From Candidatus Multivoradales bacterium (GTDB lineage: Bacteria; Acidobacteriota; Thermoanaerobaculia; Multivoradales; JAHEKO01), in assembly GCA_965223855.1 (NCBI GenBank), contig CBDCXM010000009.1, positions 2,336,001 through 2,400,000 of the forward strand: a stretch of 64,000 nt of DNA. Reading direction: 5' to 3'. The notes beneath the pieces were generated by a model. It was not told the origin of the DNA and ran no database searches. It was given only the letters and a program-made list of their open reading frames with translations. The position numbers and the translations under genes are program-made. Positions 28,046 through 38,290 of this stretch are shown here, one piece after another (the first letter of the stretch is position 1; each line of letters starts with the position of its first letter).

Positions 28046-29662
28046 ATGCTGAGTTCCCTGTCGAGTCGCGTCGGTCGTCGTCTGGTCTTCCTGTTCGGCG
28101 TCTCGGCGATCGTGCCGCTGCTCGGCCTCGCCACGCTGTCGTACTTCGCGGTGAGCGACTACCTCCTCGAGTCGAGCCGCAACGAGCTGCGGGTCGGCAG
28201 CAAGTCCTACGGCATGAGCCTGCTGGAGCGCCTGCAGGCGCTCGAAGCGGCGCTCGACGAGGCGGCGCCCCTCGCGGAGGGGGGAGAGCTGCCGGAGGCG
28301 AGGCGGGAACTGCTGGCTCGATACTTCGAGTGGCTCGGTGTCCTCGAACCCGGTTCGACGGCGCGGACTCTGGTCGGCGACGCGGCCGCGGCGCCCGCCG
28401 ACGAGCATCTGCTTTCGCTCGGCTCTCTCTCCAGCGACGCGACCTCGGTGACCCACCGCCCTGTCCTGCTCGCCATCCGACGGCCGACGGCCGACGGCGG
28501 GTTCCGCATCCTCGCCGGGCGCCCCACCGAGAGCTACCTGTGGTGGGGCTCGGTGGGCGAAAGCACGCTCCCCGCCAGCACAGGTGTCGTTGTCCGTGCC
28601 GACGGCGAGATCGTTCACGTGACCCTGGCGGAGCGAGGCACCGAGGCGCATGGTCGAAGAGCGCTGACGCCGGCGCCCCCGGTCGAGCAGTCGGTGGGTG
28701 GGCACTGGACCCTGCCGTTGAGCCTGAGTTTCGAAGGCGAGGACTGGGAGATCGCCTGGATCCGTTCGAGAGACGATGTGCTCCGACCGGTCCGCCGCTT
28801 CACCGGCACCTTCGCATTGGTCCTGACGGCGACGCTGCTCGGCGTCGCCCTGCTGGCGCTGACCCAGATTCGCCGCTTCCTCGAGCCGCTGGGTGAGCTG
28901 GGCGTCGGCGTGAGGCGGGTGGCGCGGCAGGACTTCTCGACTCCGGTGAAGGTCTCGAGCGGCGACGAGTTCGAGGACCTGGCGAAGTCGTTCAACGGCA
29001 TGACGCAGCAGGTGGAGACCCTCATCGGGGAGCTGCGACGCCACCAGCTCGGGACGCTGCGCTCACTGGCGCGAACGATGGACGAGCGCTCGCCGTGGAC
29101 GCTCGGCCACTCGGGACGGGTGGCCGATCTGTGCCGGCGGATCGCCCAGGTGATGGCGCTTCCGGACCGGGAAGTGCGGACGCTCTACCGGGCCGGTCTG
29201 CTCCACGACATCGGCAAGCTGCGACTGCCGACCGAGCTGCTCGAGAAGCCCGCCGTGCTCACGCCGTCGGAATTCGAGCAGATTCAGGAACACGTCGAGG
29301 CCGGAGTCCGGATTCTCGCGCCGATCCCCGGGTATGGGGCGGTCACCAAGGTCGTGGAGGAGCATCACGAGCGACTCGACGGCACGGGCTACCCGCGCGG
29401 GCTGTCCGGCGACGACATCTGCCTGGGAGCGCGGGTTCTTGCGGTGGCCGATTCGTTCGACGCTCTCTCGAGCGACCGTCCCTACAGGCCTCGATTCACC
29501 CGAGCCGAGGCGCTCCAGGAACTCCACAACGGCTCCGGCACGCTCTACGACCCGGAGGTACTGGCAGCGTTGGAGGTAGCCCTGGCGCTCGACCCGGCTC
29601 GTCACGCGGATCGGAGCGCCGTCGTCGAAGAGCCCTCGGACAGGGCCGAGTCCGCGAACTAG
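28046..29662 (+). CDS. Membrane HAMP + HD-GYP cyclic-di-nucleotide phosphodiesterase
   Basis: 2 TM, HAMP (SGDEFEDLAKSFNGM), GHSGRVA, LLHDIGK, HHERLDGTGYP, VADSFDAL.SDRPYR. Confidence 0.9.
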   Translation: MLSSLSSRVGRRLVFLFGVSAIVPLLGLATLSYFAVSDYLLESSRNELRVGSKSYGMSLLERLQALEAALDEAAPLAEGGELPEARRELLARYFEWLGVLEPGSTARTLVGDAAAAPADEHLLSLGSLSSDATSVTHRPVLLAIRRPTADGGFRILAGRPTESYLWWGSVGESTLPASTGVVVRADGEIVHVTLAERGTEAHGRRALTPAPPVEQSVGGHWTLPLSLSFEGEDWEIAWIRSRDDVLRPVRRFTGTFALVLTATLLGVALLALTQIRRFLEPLGELGVGVRRVARQDFSTPVKVSSGDEFEDLAKSFNGMTQQVETLIGELRRHQLGTLRSLARTMDERSPWTLGHSGRVADLCRRIAQVMALPDREVRTLYRAGLLHDIGKLRLPTELLEKPAVLTPSEFEQIQEHVEAGVRILAPIPGYGAVTKVVEEHHERLDGTGYPRGLSGDDICLGARVLAVADSFDALSSDRPYRPRFTRAEALQELHNGSGTLYDPEVLAALEVALALDPARHADRSAVVEEPSDRAESAN

Positions 29663-30129
29663 TCCTCGAGTACGCCGGGCCAGTTTTCGTCGGCCTTCTC
29701 GATATTGGCGTCGCGATCCTCCTGCCACTGCGACATGACGCTCAGGCTGTAGTTGAGGAAGAGTCGGTCGCCGACGACGGTCCATGCCTCAGGATCGGTG
29801 GAGGCGGTGTAGCCGCGGCTGACCGCCCAGGCGCAGTAGCCGCCGTATTGCGGCGCCCATCGCTCGGGGTCCTCGGCGAAGCGGTCACGGTTCTCGGCGC
29901 TGGCGAAGCGCCACTCCGCGCCGTTCCACTCGTAGGTGTGGTCGCTCGATCCTTCGACCGGTTCGGCTTCGGTGAAGTAGACGACCGGGTCGTAGCCGCG
30001 GATGGCGACGTTGCTGAGGGTGGTGGTGAACACCGGGTCCTCGGCGGCCGCGGCGGGGGTGGGAATCGTCAGCAGCGCGAGAAGGGCGGCTGCTACCGGG
30101 AGTCGCAGGAACAGGAATCGACAGGTCAT
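29659..30129 (-). CDS. YHS domain-containing secreted protein
   Basis: AIRGYDPVVYF...WRFAS.ENRDRF..DPE.WAPQYGGYCAW; signal peptide from MTCRF. Confidence 0.85.
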   Translation of the reverse strand: MTCRFLFLRLPVAAALLALLTIPTPAAAAEDPVFTTTLSNVAIRGYDPVVYFTEAEPVEGSSDHTYEWNGAEWRFASAENRDRFAEDPERWAPQYGGYCAWAVSRGYTASTDPEAWTVVGDRLFLNYSLSVMSQWQEDRDANIEKADENWPGVLED

Positions 30130-30251
30130 CGGCTCTCCGATCTGGTGGCGTTGGCCTGCCACTCTATCGGCGGTTTCGCGCATACGCCTGGATCGGTCAC
30201 AGGCCGCTCGTGCCTTGACGGCGCCGGAACCGCCCTCGAAGCGGTCCCGCT

Positions 30252-31826
30252 TCAGCGAGAGGCGTTGGACGCCGCCGCCGCCGCTGCGTCTTCCGGCACC
30301 TCGAAAGCAAACGGCAGCGGCTCGAGCTCGGTCGCGCAACCGATGTCGACTCCGTCGAGCGACGAAGCCTCCGCCAGTTGACCGATCGCGCCCAGCCAGC
30401 ACGCCGCCGCCGCTTCGTCGAGGGCCCCGTGTCCGCGGTGGGCCAGGACCATGTGGAGGCTGCGGGAGAGGGTGCGAGCGACGAGGTCGCCGTTGGCGAC
30501 CGGGGTCACCGGGTCGAGTTCGCCGCTGATCAGCAGTACCGGCACCGAGGAAACCAGCGGCTCGCGCATGTGCGGGTCGGCCTCGCCCCGGGGCCAGACT
30601 TGGCAGATGTCGAGCTGCTGCTGCATCCGGTACATCCCCAGCACCGTGCCGTTCGAGGACGCGATCTCGCGTTCGAGATCGACGAAGGGGAGATCCTCGG
30701 CGCAGGTCATCGAGAAATAGAGGCCCTTGTAGAAGTTCACGCTGATGTCGTAGTAGGCGAGAGCGATGAGGCTCAGGAGTGGCTCGTAGTCACCTCCATG
30801 GGCGGCGGCGATGAGCTGCGGGAAGCGGGCGAGTACCGGTGCCCGATAGGCGAGGAACCTCAGCCCCATGACGAACTCACCGTAGGCGAGGGTGACGTCC
30901 TGCGGCTGGTCGAAGGCCGGGTGGGTGACCGTGGCTCGCGCCGGCTCGTCCCCGACCCGCGCGAGGACTTCGGCCAGCTGCTGGGCGAACTGCGGGTAGG
31001 CGCCGTGGCACACCGCGTCGTTTGCGCAGAGCTCGACGAGCTGGTCGAGGGCGTCCTGCTGAGAGCGTGCGAACCCCGAGGGGGCGGTCATCGAGGGCGG
31101 CGCCACCCCGAGGAGCACCGCGAACTCGATGCGCTCCGGGTGGCGGCGCACGGTCTCCTGTGCGAGCCGGGTGCCGTAGGAGCCGCCGAAGAGCGCCATC
31201 CGGGGGTAGCCGAGAGCCGCTCGCACGTCGTCGAGGTCGTCGGCGGCGTAGGAGGTCGTGTACTGGGTGAGGTCTGCGTCCGGCGACAGCGCGTCGCGGC
31301 ACCGACGCACGTCCTCGAGGCGCAGCAGGTAGGTCATGTGGGGCTGCAACCGGTCGGCAGGTCCGGCCGGCAGGCACTGCAGCGGCGCTGAGCGTCCGGT
31401 GCCTCGTATGTCGACGAAGACGAGATCGCGGGCGCCGAGGAAAGGAGTGATGTAAGGGCCGAGGCCCCCTGCGGAGGCGGTCGCCGCGTCACCCGGGCCG
31501 CCGGCGAGGAAGAACAGTGGAGGCTTCGCGCCGTCGGGGTCGGGATCGGCTGCCGGCAGGACCACTGTGAAGAGCGCCAGCGTCCGCCCGGTCTCCGCGA
31601 GGCGATTCTCGTAGACCTCCACGGTGCCGCATCTCGCCTCCGAAGGCAGTCCGAGTTCCGCTGCGCATGGCTGTGGTGTCCATGATCGAGGTGTTGCCTC
31701 TTCCGCGGCCGAAGCGCCGGCCGCCGTCAGGAGGAGGCCCGTCAGCAGAGCCGCCAGGGAAGCGTGAGGGACGGAAGGCCGCGGAGCGACAGGTGGCAGG
31801 GGCGGAGCGCATCGCAGTGGCTTCAT
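30252..31826 (-). CDS. Secreted alpha/beta hydrolase (TAP-like peptidase)
   Basis: LAGGPG, DIRGTG, nucleophile GGSYGT, GELDPVTP, RGHG; start uncertain. Confidence 0.85.
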   Translation of the reverse strand: MKPLRCAPPLPPVAPRPSVPHASLAALLTGLLLTAAGASAAEEATPRSWTPQPCAAELGLPSEARCGTVEVYENRLAETGRTLALFTVVLPAADPDPDGAKPPLFFLAGGPGDAATASAGGLGPYITPFLGARDLVFVDIRGTGRSAPLQCLPAGPADRLQPHMTYLLRLEDVRRCRDALSPDADLTQYTTSYAADDLDDVRAALGYPRMALFGGSYGTRLAQETVRRHPERIEFAVLLGVAPPSMTAPSGFARSQQDALDQLVELCANDAVCHGAYPQFAQQLAEVLARVGDEPARATVTHPAFDQPQDVTLAYGEFVMGLRFLAYRAPVLARFPQLIAAAHGGDYEPLLSLIALAYYDISVNFYKGLYFSMTCAEDLPFVDLEREIASSNGTVLGMYRMQQQLDICQVWPRGEADPHMREPLVSSVPVLLISGELDPVTPVANGDLVARTLSRSLHMVLAHRGHGALDEAAAACWLGAIGQLAEASSLDGVDIGCATELEPLPFAFEVPEDAAAAAASNASR

Positions 31827-31924
31827 GCCCAGGGACTACGAAGCCTCCACCGCGCCAGTTTCAGGATTGACCGTTCGGCTGCGGGTTGCTCCTTCCAGGC
31901 CAGCGCGTTCCTGAGGACTCGCTC

Positions 31925-32428
31925 CTACGATCCCGAGATCCAGGCCCAGACGGGTCTGGCGCCCACCCACCCGGCAGCGAGGCCGAGGCCCGTGACGAGT
32001 GCGAGGGTGAAGATCGGGTAGAGGCACTCGAGGGTGAAGCCCCGCTCCAGCACCGACGACTCCGCGTCTTCGGGCGAGTAGAAGACGTCCACCCCTTCAC
32101 CGACCGGATAGGGAGCGATGCGCCGCTCGGCCCGGGACCGGCTGGCGTAGGGCAGCACACACCCGTTGAGGCACGTGCCCTCGTACTCGCGGCCGGCCAC
32201 ACGATAGGCATAGGCGACCAGGTAGCGGTGACCCGGAAGGCCGTTGGCCGACCGGTTCGGGCGCACCTCGGAACGGACGATGCGACCCGGCACGGACGGC
32301 CATCGTCGGCTCCTGGCGCACAGCGCCAGCGAGCCGAACGCCCATGCCGAGTAGATCGCGGCGAAGAGCAGGAGGAGCAGCCCGAGGAGGATGCCCAGGA
32401 GGCTCGCGAGCAGGTAGAGGCTGGTCAA
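31925..32428 (-). CDS. DUF3592 membrane protein
   Basis: SRRWPSVPGRIVRS..YAYRVAGREY..YPVGEGVDVFYSPEDAESSVLE flanked by TMs. Confidence 0.8.
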   Translation of the reverse strand: MTSLYLLASLLGILLGLLLLLFAAIYSAWAFGSLALCARSRRWPSVPGRIVRSEVRPNRSANGLPGHRYLVAYAYRVAGREYEGTCLNGCVLPYASRSRAERRIAPYPVGEGVDVFYSPEDAESSVLERGFTLECLYPIFTLALVTGLGLAAGWVGARPVWAWISGS

Positions 32429-32577
32429 CGGATGCGTCGCATTCTACGAACGGTGCACAACGGCACTCTCACATGCCCCCCTGCCGGCCGCGGCACCTCG
32501 ATCGCCCGGCGCTCCGTTCCGACGCACGATTGTTGGGGGCCGCCAAGTTCCGGCCAGTCGGCGGCAGGGCGGCGAAG

Positions 32578-33666
32578 CTACTTCGAGTCGGCCCAGTGAG
32601 CGTCGTAGGCGGCCATGATCTGGCCGTACTGCTCGCGCGAGTCTGCCAACAGGAGAACGCGAAGCGCCTCCTGCTTGTCGTCCGCGGCGTCGTAGTAGGC
32701 CTCGCACATCCGCATCCCCACGTAGTAGCCGATCTGCCAGGGCGCGTCGGGAAAGGCGGGATTGCGTCCGTGGAACCAGCCGGGGTGGTCGGCGCTCGGT
32801 GCGTCGGCGTGCTTGCGGAACTCGCGCCACAGCGCCTCTTCGTGGGCGTCCCCGTACGCGAGCTGATCGGCCGTGGAGGCGCCGGACGCCAGACGGGCCA
32901 GGAGATCGGCGCCGCCTTCCCGGACGGCTCTCGCGAGGAGAGTGTCGGCACCCTCTTCCACGTACAGTCTGATGTAGTCGATCTCCCCCTGCAGGAGGGT
33001 CTGGTACCAGTGCACCATCTCGTGAGCCGCGACGAAGGACAGCGTGTCGAGGGGCTGCATCAGCTGCTTGCCCGCGGGGAAGAAGCCCTTCTCGGCGAAC
33101 TCGCCGAGAGGGGCGTCGGCGTTGCGTCCGAAGTAGTCGACGGCGACCAGGCTGCCCGTCGCTTCGGCGCTTCCACCGCCGCCCATCGGGGAGACGAAAT
33201 AGTAGGTGGGGAGGATGGAGAGAGTTTCGTGCTCCATGGCGTCACCCACGAGATCGCGCAATCGCACGAGGTCGGCGGAGATCCCGGCTTCGAGAGCGCG
33301 GAGGGCGGGCTCGAGTCCGCCGAGGTAGGCGAGGAATCGAGGGTAGTTCTCGTACGCGGTCGCGTACTTCTGCGCCGAGATGTCGTAGCGAGTCGACCAG
33401 GTCGCGAGGCCGGCGCCTGCGCCGTCCAGGTACTTCTGGAAGGCGGCTTCGGGGTCGGCGCCGCTCTCGATGCTCGCAATCGCAACCGCGAAGCGCCTGA
33501 TGTCTCCGTAGTCGAAGGAAGGGAATCTCAAGTCGGTAGCGCCGGCAGGGGGGCTCAGCGAGAATGACGTCAGCACCGTTGCCGTCAGCGCCAGGATCAG
33601 GACGAGGCGGGCCGGTAGTTTGGACAGACCACGGCAACCTCTGCTCGCGGCAGGCGGCCGGTTCAC
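32578..33666 (-). CDS. DUF2268-type predicted Zn-dependent protease, secreted
   Basis: AHEMVHWYQ, REGGAD, IGYYVG; start uncertain. Confidence 0.8.
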   Translation of the reverse strand: MNRPPAASRGCRGLSKLPARLVLILALTATVLTSFSLSPPAGATDLRFPSFDYGDIRRFAVAIASIESGADPEAAFQKYLDGAGAGLATWSTRYDISAQKYATAYENYPRFLAYLGGLEPALRALEAGISADLVRLRDLVGDAMEHETLSILPTYYFVSPMGGGGSAEATGSLVAVDYFGRNADAPLGEFAEKGFFPAGKQLMQPLDTLSFVAAHEMVHWYQTLLQGEIDYIRLYVEEGADTLLARAVREGGADLLARLASGASTADQLAYGDAHEEALWREFRKHADAPSADHPGWFHGRNPAFPDAPWQIGYYVGMRMCEAYYDAADDKQEALRVLLLADSREQYGQIMAAYDAHWADSK

Positions 33667-34049
33667 GACAGCCCCCGAGCGGGTTCACGCCGGCGTCTCT
33701 CTCTCGATCGCACCAGTCCCACGAGCACGCACAGGGCCAGGCACCCTGCTGCGAACCACGGTGACCCGATACCGGAGCGAAGGTGGGTGGCGATCGCTCC
33801 CACCATCACGGCTGCCAGCACGGCCGAACCGTAGGGTGCCGTTCGAGGTACGAGTAGCAGGCAGGCTCCCATCGCTTCCGCAGCGCCGACCGTGGGGATC
33901 GTCCATTGCGGGAGCCCCCATGCCGCGAACCGCGCGACCATCGAGGACCCCGGCGCGAGTTTCGGTATGGCGGAGGCAGCGAAGAGCAGGGAGAGGAGGA
34001 TCGTCACTGCCCAGAGGGCGAGTGGGGCGAATCTTGCGAGCCTCGGCAT
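33663..34049 (-). CDS. DoxX family membrane protein
   Basis: PKL....FAAWGLP...VGAAEAMGA.LLLVPRT...VMVGAIATH. Confidence 0.85.
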   Translation of the reverse strand: MPRLARFAPLALWAVTILLSLLFAASAIPKLAPGSSMVARFAAWGLPQWTIPTVGAAEAMGACLLLVPRTAPYGSAVLAAVMVGAIATHLRSGIGSPWFAAGCLALCVLVGLVRSRERRRREPARGLS

Positions 34050-34098
34050 TGAGGGTACCTCCGCGAGAGTGCGACGTTGATGGCTGGAGAGCACTAAA

Positions 34099-34122
34099 AT
34101 ACGTTTCGTAATATACGGTTCG
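34099..34122. promoter_or_regulatory. AT-rich divergent control site, possible PadR operator
   Basis: Direct repeats ATACGTTTCG/ATACGGTTCG and palindrome TACG-TTT-CGTA between divergent doxX and padR genes. Confidence 0.35.
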
Positions 34123-34140
34123 AGAGAGACTCCGTCAACC

Positions 34141-34677
34141 ATGCCCAAGGTCACCGACCTCAACTACCTCCTGCTCGGACTCCTCGCCCGCCAGAGCCAG
34201 ACCGCCTACAGCCTCACACAGTCGCTCGCCTCCACGCCGATGCGCGCCTACAGCAGCAGTCCAGGAAGCGTGTACCCTGCGGTGCGCAAACTCGTCGATC
34301 TGGGGTGGGTGGAAGAGGGTCCAGCGCCGCCTTCCGCTCCCGGTCGCCGACCCCGAACCCTGGCGATCACTCAGGCGGGCCGTGAGGAGCTCGAACAGTG
34401 GCTCCTGCAGCCGATCACTGCCGACGAGCTTACTCGTCGGCCGGGAACCGTCGTTCTCCGCCTTTCTCTCGTGAGCGGCGTGCTCGGGGAAGGCCACTTG
34501 CCCCGCAGACTCGACGAGCTCGAGCGCGAGGCGAGGGCAGCCTCTCAGCGGATGGCCTCATTCGTCTCCGAACACCCCGAGCTACCGCTCGGCTCCCGGC
34601 TGCCCCTGGATCTCGCCGTCACCCTGCTCGAGACCTATGCGGATTGGGCCGAGGGCGCCGTCCGCGACCTCGATTGA
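34141..34677 (+). CDS. PadR family transcriptional regulator
   Basis: LLGLL....TAYSL...SPGSVYPAVRKL...ITQAGREELEQWL. Confidence 0.9.
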   Translation: MPKVTDLNYLLLGLLARQSQTAYSLTQSLASTPMRAYSSSPGSVYPAVRKLVDLGWVEEGPAPPSAPGRRPRTLAITQAGREELEQWLLQPITADELTRRPGTVVLRLSLVSGVLGEGHLPRRLDELEREARAASQRMASFVSEHPELPLGSRLPLDLAVTLLETYADWAEGAVRDLD

Positions 34678-34678
34678 G

Positions 34679-34704
34679 AGTGCAACTCCTCGAGGTTGCA
34701 CTTT
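34679..34704 (+). terminator. Possible intrinsic terminator hairpin between convergent genes
   Basis: AGTGCAAC...GTTGCACT stem followed by a short T run. Confidence 0.35.
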
Positions 34705-34733
34705 CTGCGCGGACCGAGTCGGGGGAGGACTCT

Positions 34734-36176
34734 CTACTCCTCTAGGGGCGCAGGGGCCGCGAGGAGTTCTCCTCTGGCGTCGATCTCACGGCCTGCAAAG
34801 TCTCCGGAGATCGAGATGGCCTTGCCGACGAGCCTCACCCGAAGGGCAGCGAGTCCCCACGGGTAGGCGACGGCGAAGACCTGCTCGCCGGGGCTCGCGA
34901 CCACTCGAACAGCGGGGAAGGTTCCATTGGAAAACTTCCTCGCCAGAGCGCCGGCGGAGGTGATCGTCGCGGTGCACAGGAGGCCGTCCGCGGTCAGCTG
35001 GAGCGTCCCCGTCTCGGGCTCGCCATCGAAGCTCCCTTCGACTGCGTAGACGCCATTGGGACACTCGAACGGGCCCTCGCGGGCGGGGCCGAAGAACGGA
35101 GCGGCGAGTAGTTCCGCCGTCGTCTCCACTCGCGACGTCCACGTGGCGTTCGACAACAATGAGACGGCCACCCTCTCGTTCGGGTAGACGACGAGCACGC
35201 TTCTGGCTCCCGGCGTGCTACCCGCGTGATGAGCGACGGAACGAGCGTTCCAGTCCCGCCCGGTCCGCCACCCGAATCCGACTTGAAAGCGGGCGTTGCC
35301 GGTCGGCGCGCCATCGGTCAGCAAGACCGGCGTCAACGCCTCCTCCACGCTGGACCTCGAGACGATCGAGCCCGCGGCGAATTCATGGCCGAAGCGTGCG
35401 ACATCCCTGGCAGACGCGCGCATGCCGGTGGCACCCCAGACGTAGCTCTGATCGTTGGGCGACAAGGCGACTGTGTCGGGGCCTTCCGTGGAATAGAGCT
35501 GCACTGCGGCTTCCGAAAGCGCAGTGACGTCCTCGACTCCTGTCTCCCGAAGGCCATGGGGCCTGAGGATCTCGTCGCTCAGGAGCTGCGGGAACGGCTT
35601 GCCCCCGACCGAGGCTGCGGCTGCGGCGAGCAAGGCGTACCCGTAAGAGCTGTATGCATAAGCCCGGCCGGGCGGGTGCAGGAGAGGTGCGTCGCGGAAG
35701 AAGCCGAGCGACTCGCTCGGGTTGGCTACCCGGACTTGCGCACCGGGGCGGCTCGTGCCGGGACTGCCGTAGTGGGGGACTCCGGAAGTATGGGCAGCGA
35801 GCCGTCGAGGCGTGATCTCGCCTTCGCTGCGGGGCGGCCAGTCGGTGACGTAGCTGCTGACGTCGCTGTCGAGGTCGATTCGGCCCTCCTCCGCCAGCTT
35901 CAGGAGGAGCGCGGCCGTGTACAGCTTGGAGACACTTGCGAGTCGGAATCGAGAGTCCGCGCTCACCGGAGCCCCGGTGTCGAGGTTCGCCAGGCCGGTG
36001 ACGCCGCTCCAGACGACCTCGCCGTCTACGACGACCGAGGCTGCGTGTCCGGGGACACGGCTGAAGGCACGGAGACTGTCGAGGAGTCGGTCGGCCGCCG
36101 CCGTAGCCTGGTCCATGGAGGACGCGGCGGACGTCTGCAGCAGGGCCAGTCCGAGCACAAGGGCCGCCTTGCTCAT
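34734..36176 (-). CDS. Secreted serine hydrolase, beta-lactamase/PBP family
   Basis: FRLASVSK (SxxK), AHTSG, YAYSSYGY, HHAG. Confidence 0.9.
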   Translation of the reverse strand: MSKAALVLGLALLQTSAASSMDQATAAADRLLDSLRAFSRVPGHAASVVVDGEVVWSGVTGLANLDTGAPVSADSRFRLASVSKLYTAALLLKLAEEGRIDLDSDVSSYVTDWPPRSEGEITPRRLAAHTSGVPHYGSPGTSRPGAQVRVANPSESLGFFRDAPLLHPPGRAYAYSSYGYALLAAAAASVGGKPFPQLLSDEILRPHGLRETGVEDVTALSEAAVQLYSTEGPDTVALSPNDQSYVWGATGMRASARDVARFGHEFAAGSIVSRSSVEEALTPVLLTDGAPTGNARFQVGFGWRTGRDWNARSVAHHAGSTPGARSVLVVYPNERVAVSLLSNATWTSRVETTAELLAAPFFGPAREGPFECPNGVYAVEGSFDGEPETGTLQLTADGLLCTATITSAGALARKFSNGTFPAVRVVASPGEQVFAVAYPWGLAALRVRLVGKAISISGDFAGREIDARGELLAAPAPLEE

Positions 36177-37177
36177 GGCTGGGAGGGAATGCAGGCTTGC
36201 CGGCTGATCATTCGTCGAATGGTACCGACGACCAACTCCGGCGCGTCGAGGTGAACGTCGTGTCCACTCTCCGGCGCGAGAATCTTCTCGCTGCAGTAGG
36301 ACAGGTTGAGCAGATCGTTCTGCAGTGCGTGGCTGTGGTCGACAAGGGATGCTGTATCCCAGTTGGAGTCGCCCTTCGGCGCCGGCTTGCCTCCTGCCGA
36401 GATCACGATCAACGGGAGGTACCCGAGATGGAAGGCCTTCCTGTTGGCATGGATCCTCTCGAAGATCTCGGCCTCGAAGGTGTCACTCTGTCCCTCGACA
36501 TAGCTGAACATGCGTTCGTTGTAGAGCCACTCGAACAACTGCTGCTCCTGTGGCGAGAATGCGTGCAGGCGCGCGGAGAGATCCCGACGTCGGGGAGGAA
36601 GCTCCGTGACCCGTCTTGCAGCTGCCACCGCGCCCTCCTGGACAGGGGGGATCGGCCCGTCGGCAGTGAGACGCAGTCGCTTCCACTCGAACTCGCGGGT
36701 TTCCTGGTTGAGGACGCGGAGCACTACGTCCGGATGCGTCGCCTCCACCAGAACCGCCCCCGACACTTCGTCCCTGTACTCGGCTGCAAACATGTGCGCG
36801 AGCAGTCCCCCCAACGAGTGTCCGACGACGATGTAGGGCGGCGCGAACCCGGCCCGCTCCAGGACGGCGCGGCTGTCTCTCACCTGCTGGTTCAAGGCCG
36901 CCCCATGCCCGTGTTCACTCCACCCCTCGCCGTTCTGGTCGATGGCGACTGCTTGCGCGAAAGCTCCGACCGCCGGCAGCACCAGATTCCAGTGAAGGGC
37001 CACATCGCCGGCCCCGTGGAAGAACACCACGGTTGGGCCGGCCTGCCCCTCGCCTGCTGTCAGCAGGTGCATTCGATATCCGCCCATCTCGATCATCCTG
37101 CCGGGAGGGGGCGAGCCCGGTGCGGCCTGAGCCTGGACAAGGCACAGCAGAGCAACGGCCAGGCTCGCTCTCCTCAT
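36173..37177 (-). CDS. Secreted alpha/beta hydrolase
   Basis: VFFHGAG, VGHSLGG, SGHDVHLDAPE; signal from MRRASLA. Confidence 0.85.
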   Translation of the reverse strand: MRRASLAVALLCLVQAQAAPGSPPPGRMIEMGGYRMHLLTAGEGQAGPTVVFFHGAGDVALHWNLVLPAVGAFAQAVAIDQNGEGWSEHGHGAALNQQVRDSRAVLERAGFAPPYIVVGHSLGGLLAHMFAAEYRDEVSGAVLVEATHPDVVLRVLNQETREFEWKRLRLTADGPIPPVQEGAVAAARRVTELPPRRRDLSARLHAFSPQEQQLFEWLYNERMFSYVEGQSDTFEAEIFERIHANRKAFHLGYLPLIVISAGGKPAPKGDSNWDTASLVDHSHALQNDLLNLSYCSEKILAPESGHDVHLDAPELVVGTIRRMISRQACIPSQP

Positions 37178-37284
37178 TGCCGTGGCGGGGTGCCCCGACC
37201 GTGCACCGGCCGGCCTCATTCCCTGCCTCTGGCAGGAGCTCTCAGCTCGCCGTCGACGGGTCTGCTCTTCATCAGGGCGCAAGG

Positions 37285-38163
37285 CTAGTCCGGCATGGCT
37301 GTCACAGCCATTTGCGCGCCATGAGCGGAGACAGAGTTCCGAATGTCCGGGTTGGATCCCGCGCAGGTACCGGACTCCAGCTCTCCCAGGACATCGGTAG
37401 GGTCGAGCTCGCTTTGCATCAGCTCGTCGAAGCGTAGTTGCCTGGTGGTCGTCAGGTACTCGACGAGGAGGGATCCGAGGAGATACTGCTCGCGGATGGG
37501 ACCGACCTCGCTGTTGCGAACTTGCCGGAATCTCCGTAGGCGCGAACAGAGGTCCGTGCTTCGGTCCGTCGACGAGAGGGCGGTAGCTGCCGCGTATTCG
37601 GCGTACCCTTCTCTCTTCCAGAGAGGCAGGCGGCTTGCCGCGCGGTGTCCCAGGCGATGGGCGATCAACGAGTGCACGATCTCGTGGGTCGCGATGTGGG
37701 CGAGGTTGCCCTCCAGCAGCGAGTAGCGGTAGCCGTGGCCGTAACGTGCCGCGAAGGAGTCGATGTTGTTCCGAGACAGAAAGATGGAGTGGACGAGCGG
37801 AGCGTTGACGCCTTGCGAGGTCGTAGGGACGCCGAGGAGCCTGGCGAAGAACGAGTAGATCCGCTGGTCCTGGACGAGGAACAGGCGATGGCGGAGTTTC
37901 GGATCATCGATCTCGACGGCGGACAAGCGATGACGGACTTCGGCCAGGGCGTCGCGACTGCCGTCGTCGATGGGGCGATCCGAGCGGAGGATCAGGTTGG
38001 CGCTCCTCAACGAGTGAGGGAAGACGGGTTCGGGACAACCGACAACCACCAGCGGAACCACGATCACGAACCCGGAGAGAAGAGAGATCAGGAGCAGGAA
38101 CCGTCGCACGCGTGACCTCCGTAGCGGTTTGGCGATGTGTGGTGTCGGGGTGGCGTCGGGCAT
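37285..38163 (-). CDS. Membrane-anchored HExxH peptidase (MA clan-like)
   Basis: ATHEIVHSL then PLWKREGYAEY; N-terminal TM. Confidence 0.75.
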   Translation of the reverse strand: MPDATPTPHIAKPLRRSRVRRFLLLISLLSGFVIVVPLVVVGCPEPVFPHSLRSANLILRSDRPIDDGSRDALAEVRHRLSAVEIDDPKLRHRLFLVQDQRIYSFFARLLGVPTTSQGVNAPLVHSIFLSRNNIDSFAARYGHGYRYSLLEGNLAHIATHEIVHSLIAHRLGHRAASRLPLWKREGYAEYAAATALSSTDRSTDLCSRLRRFRQVRNSEVGPIREQYLLGSLLVEYLTTTRQLRFDELMQSELDPTDVLGELESGTCAGSNPDIRNSVSAHGAQMAVTAMPD

Positions 38164-38290
38164 GGGGCTTCAGCCTCGGCCGACTCCGGCCCTGTGGTCC
38201 ATTTGCAGCGCGTGAGTTCCGACCGGAGGCGTCACCGTCCTGGCCTCTCGGGAGATCGACGACGACCGGTGGCTCCAGTGCCAGGCGGGA

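Noticed and set aside
29659-30129. Selenoprotein in the YHS family gene
   Set aside because: The motif has Cys (GGYCAW) and there is no in-frame TGA
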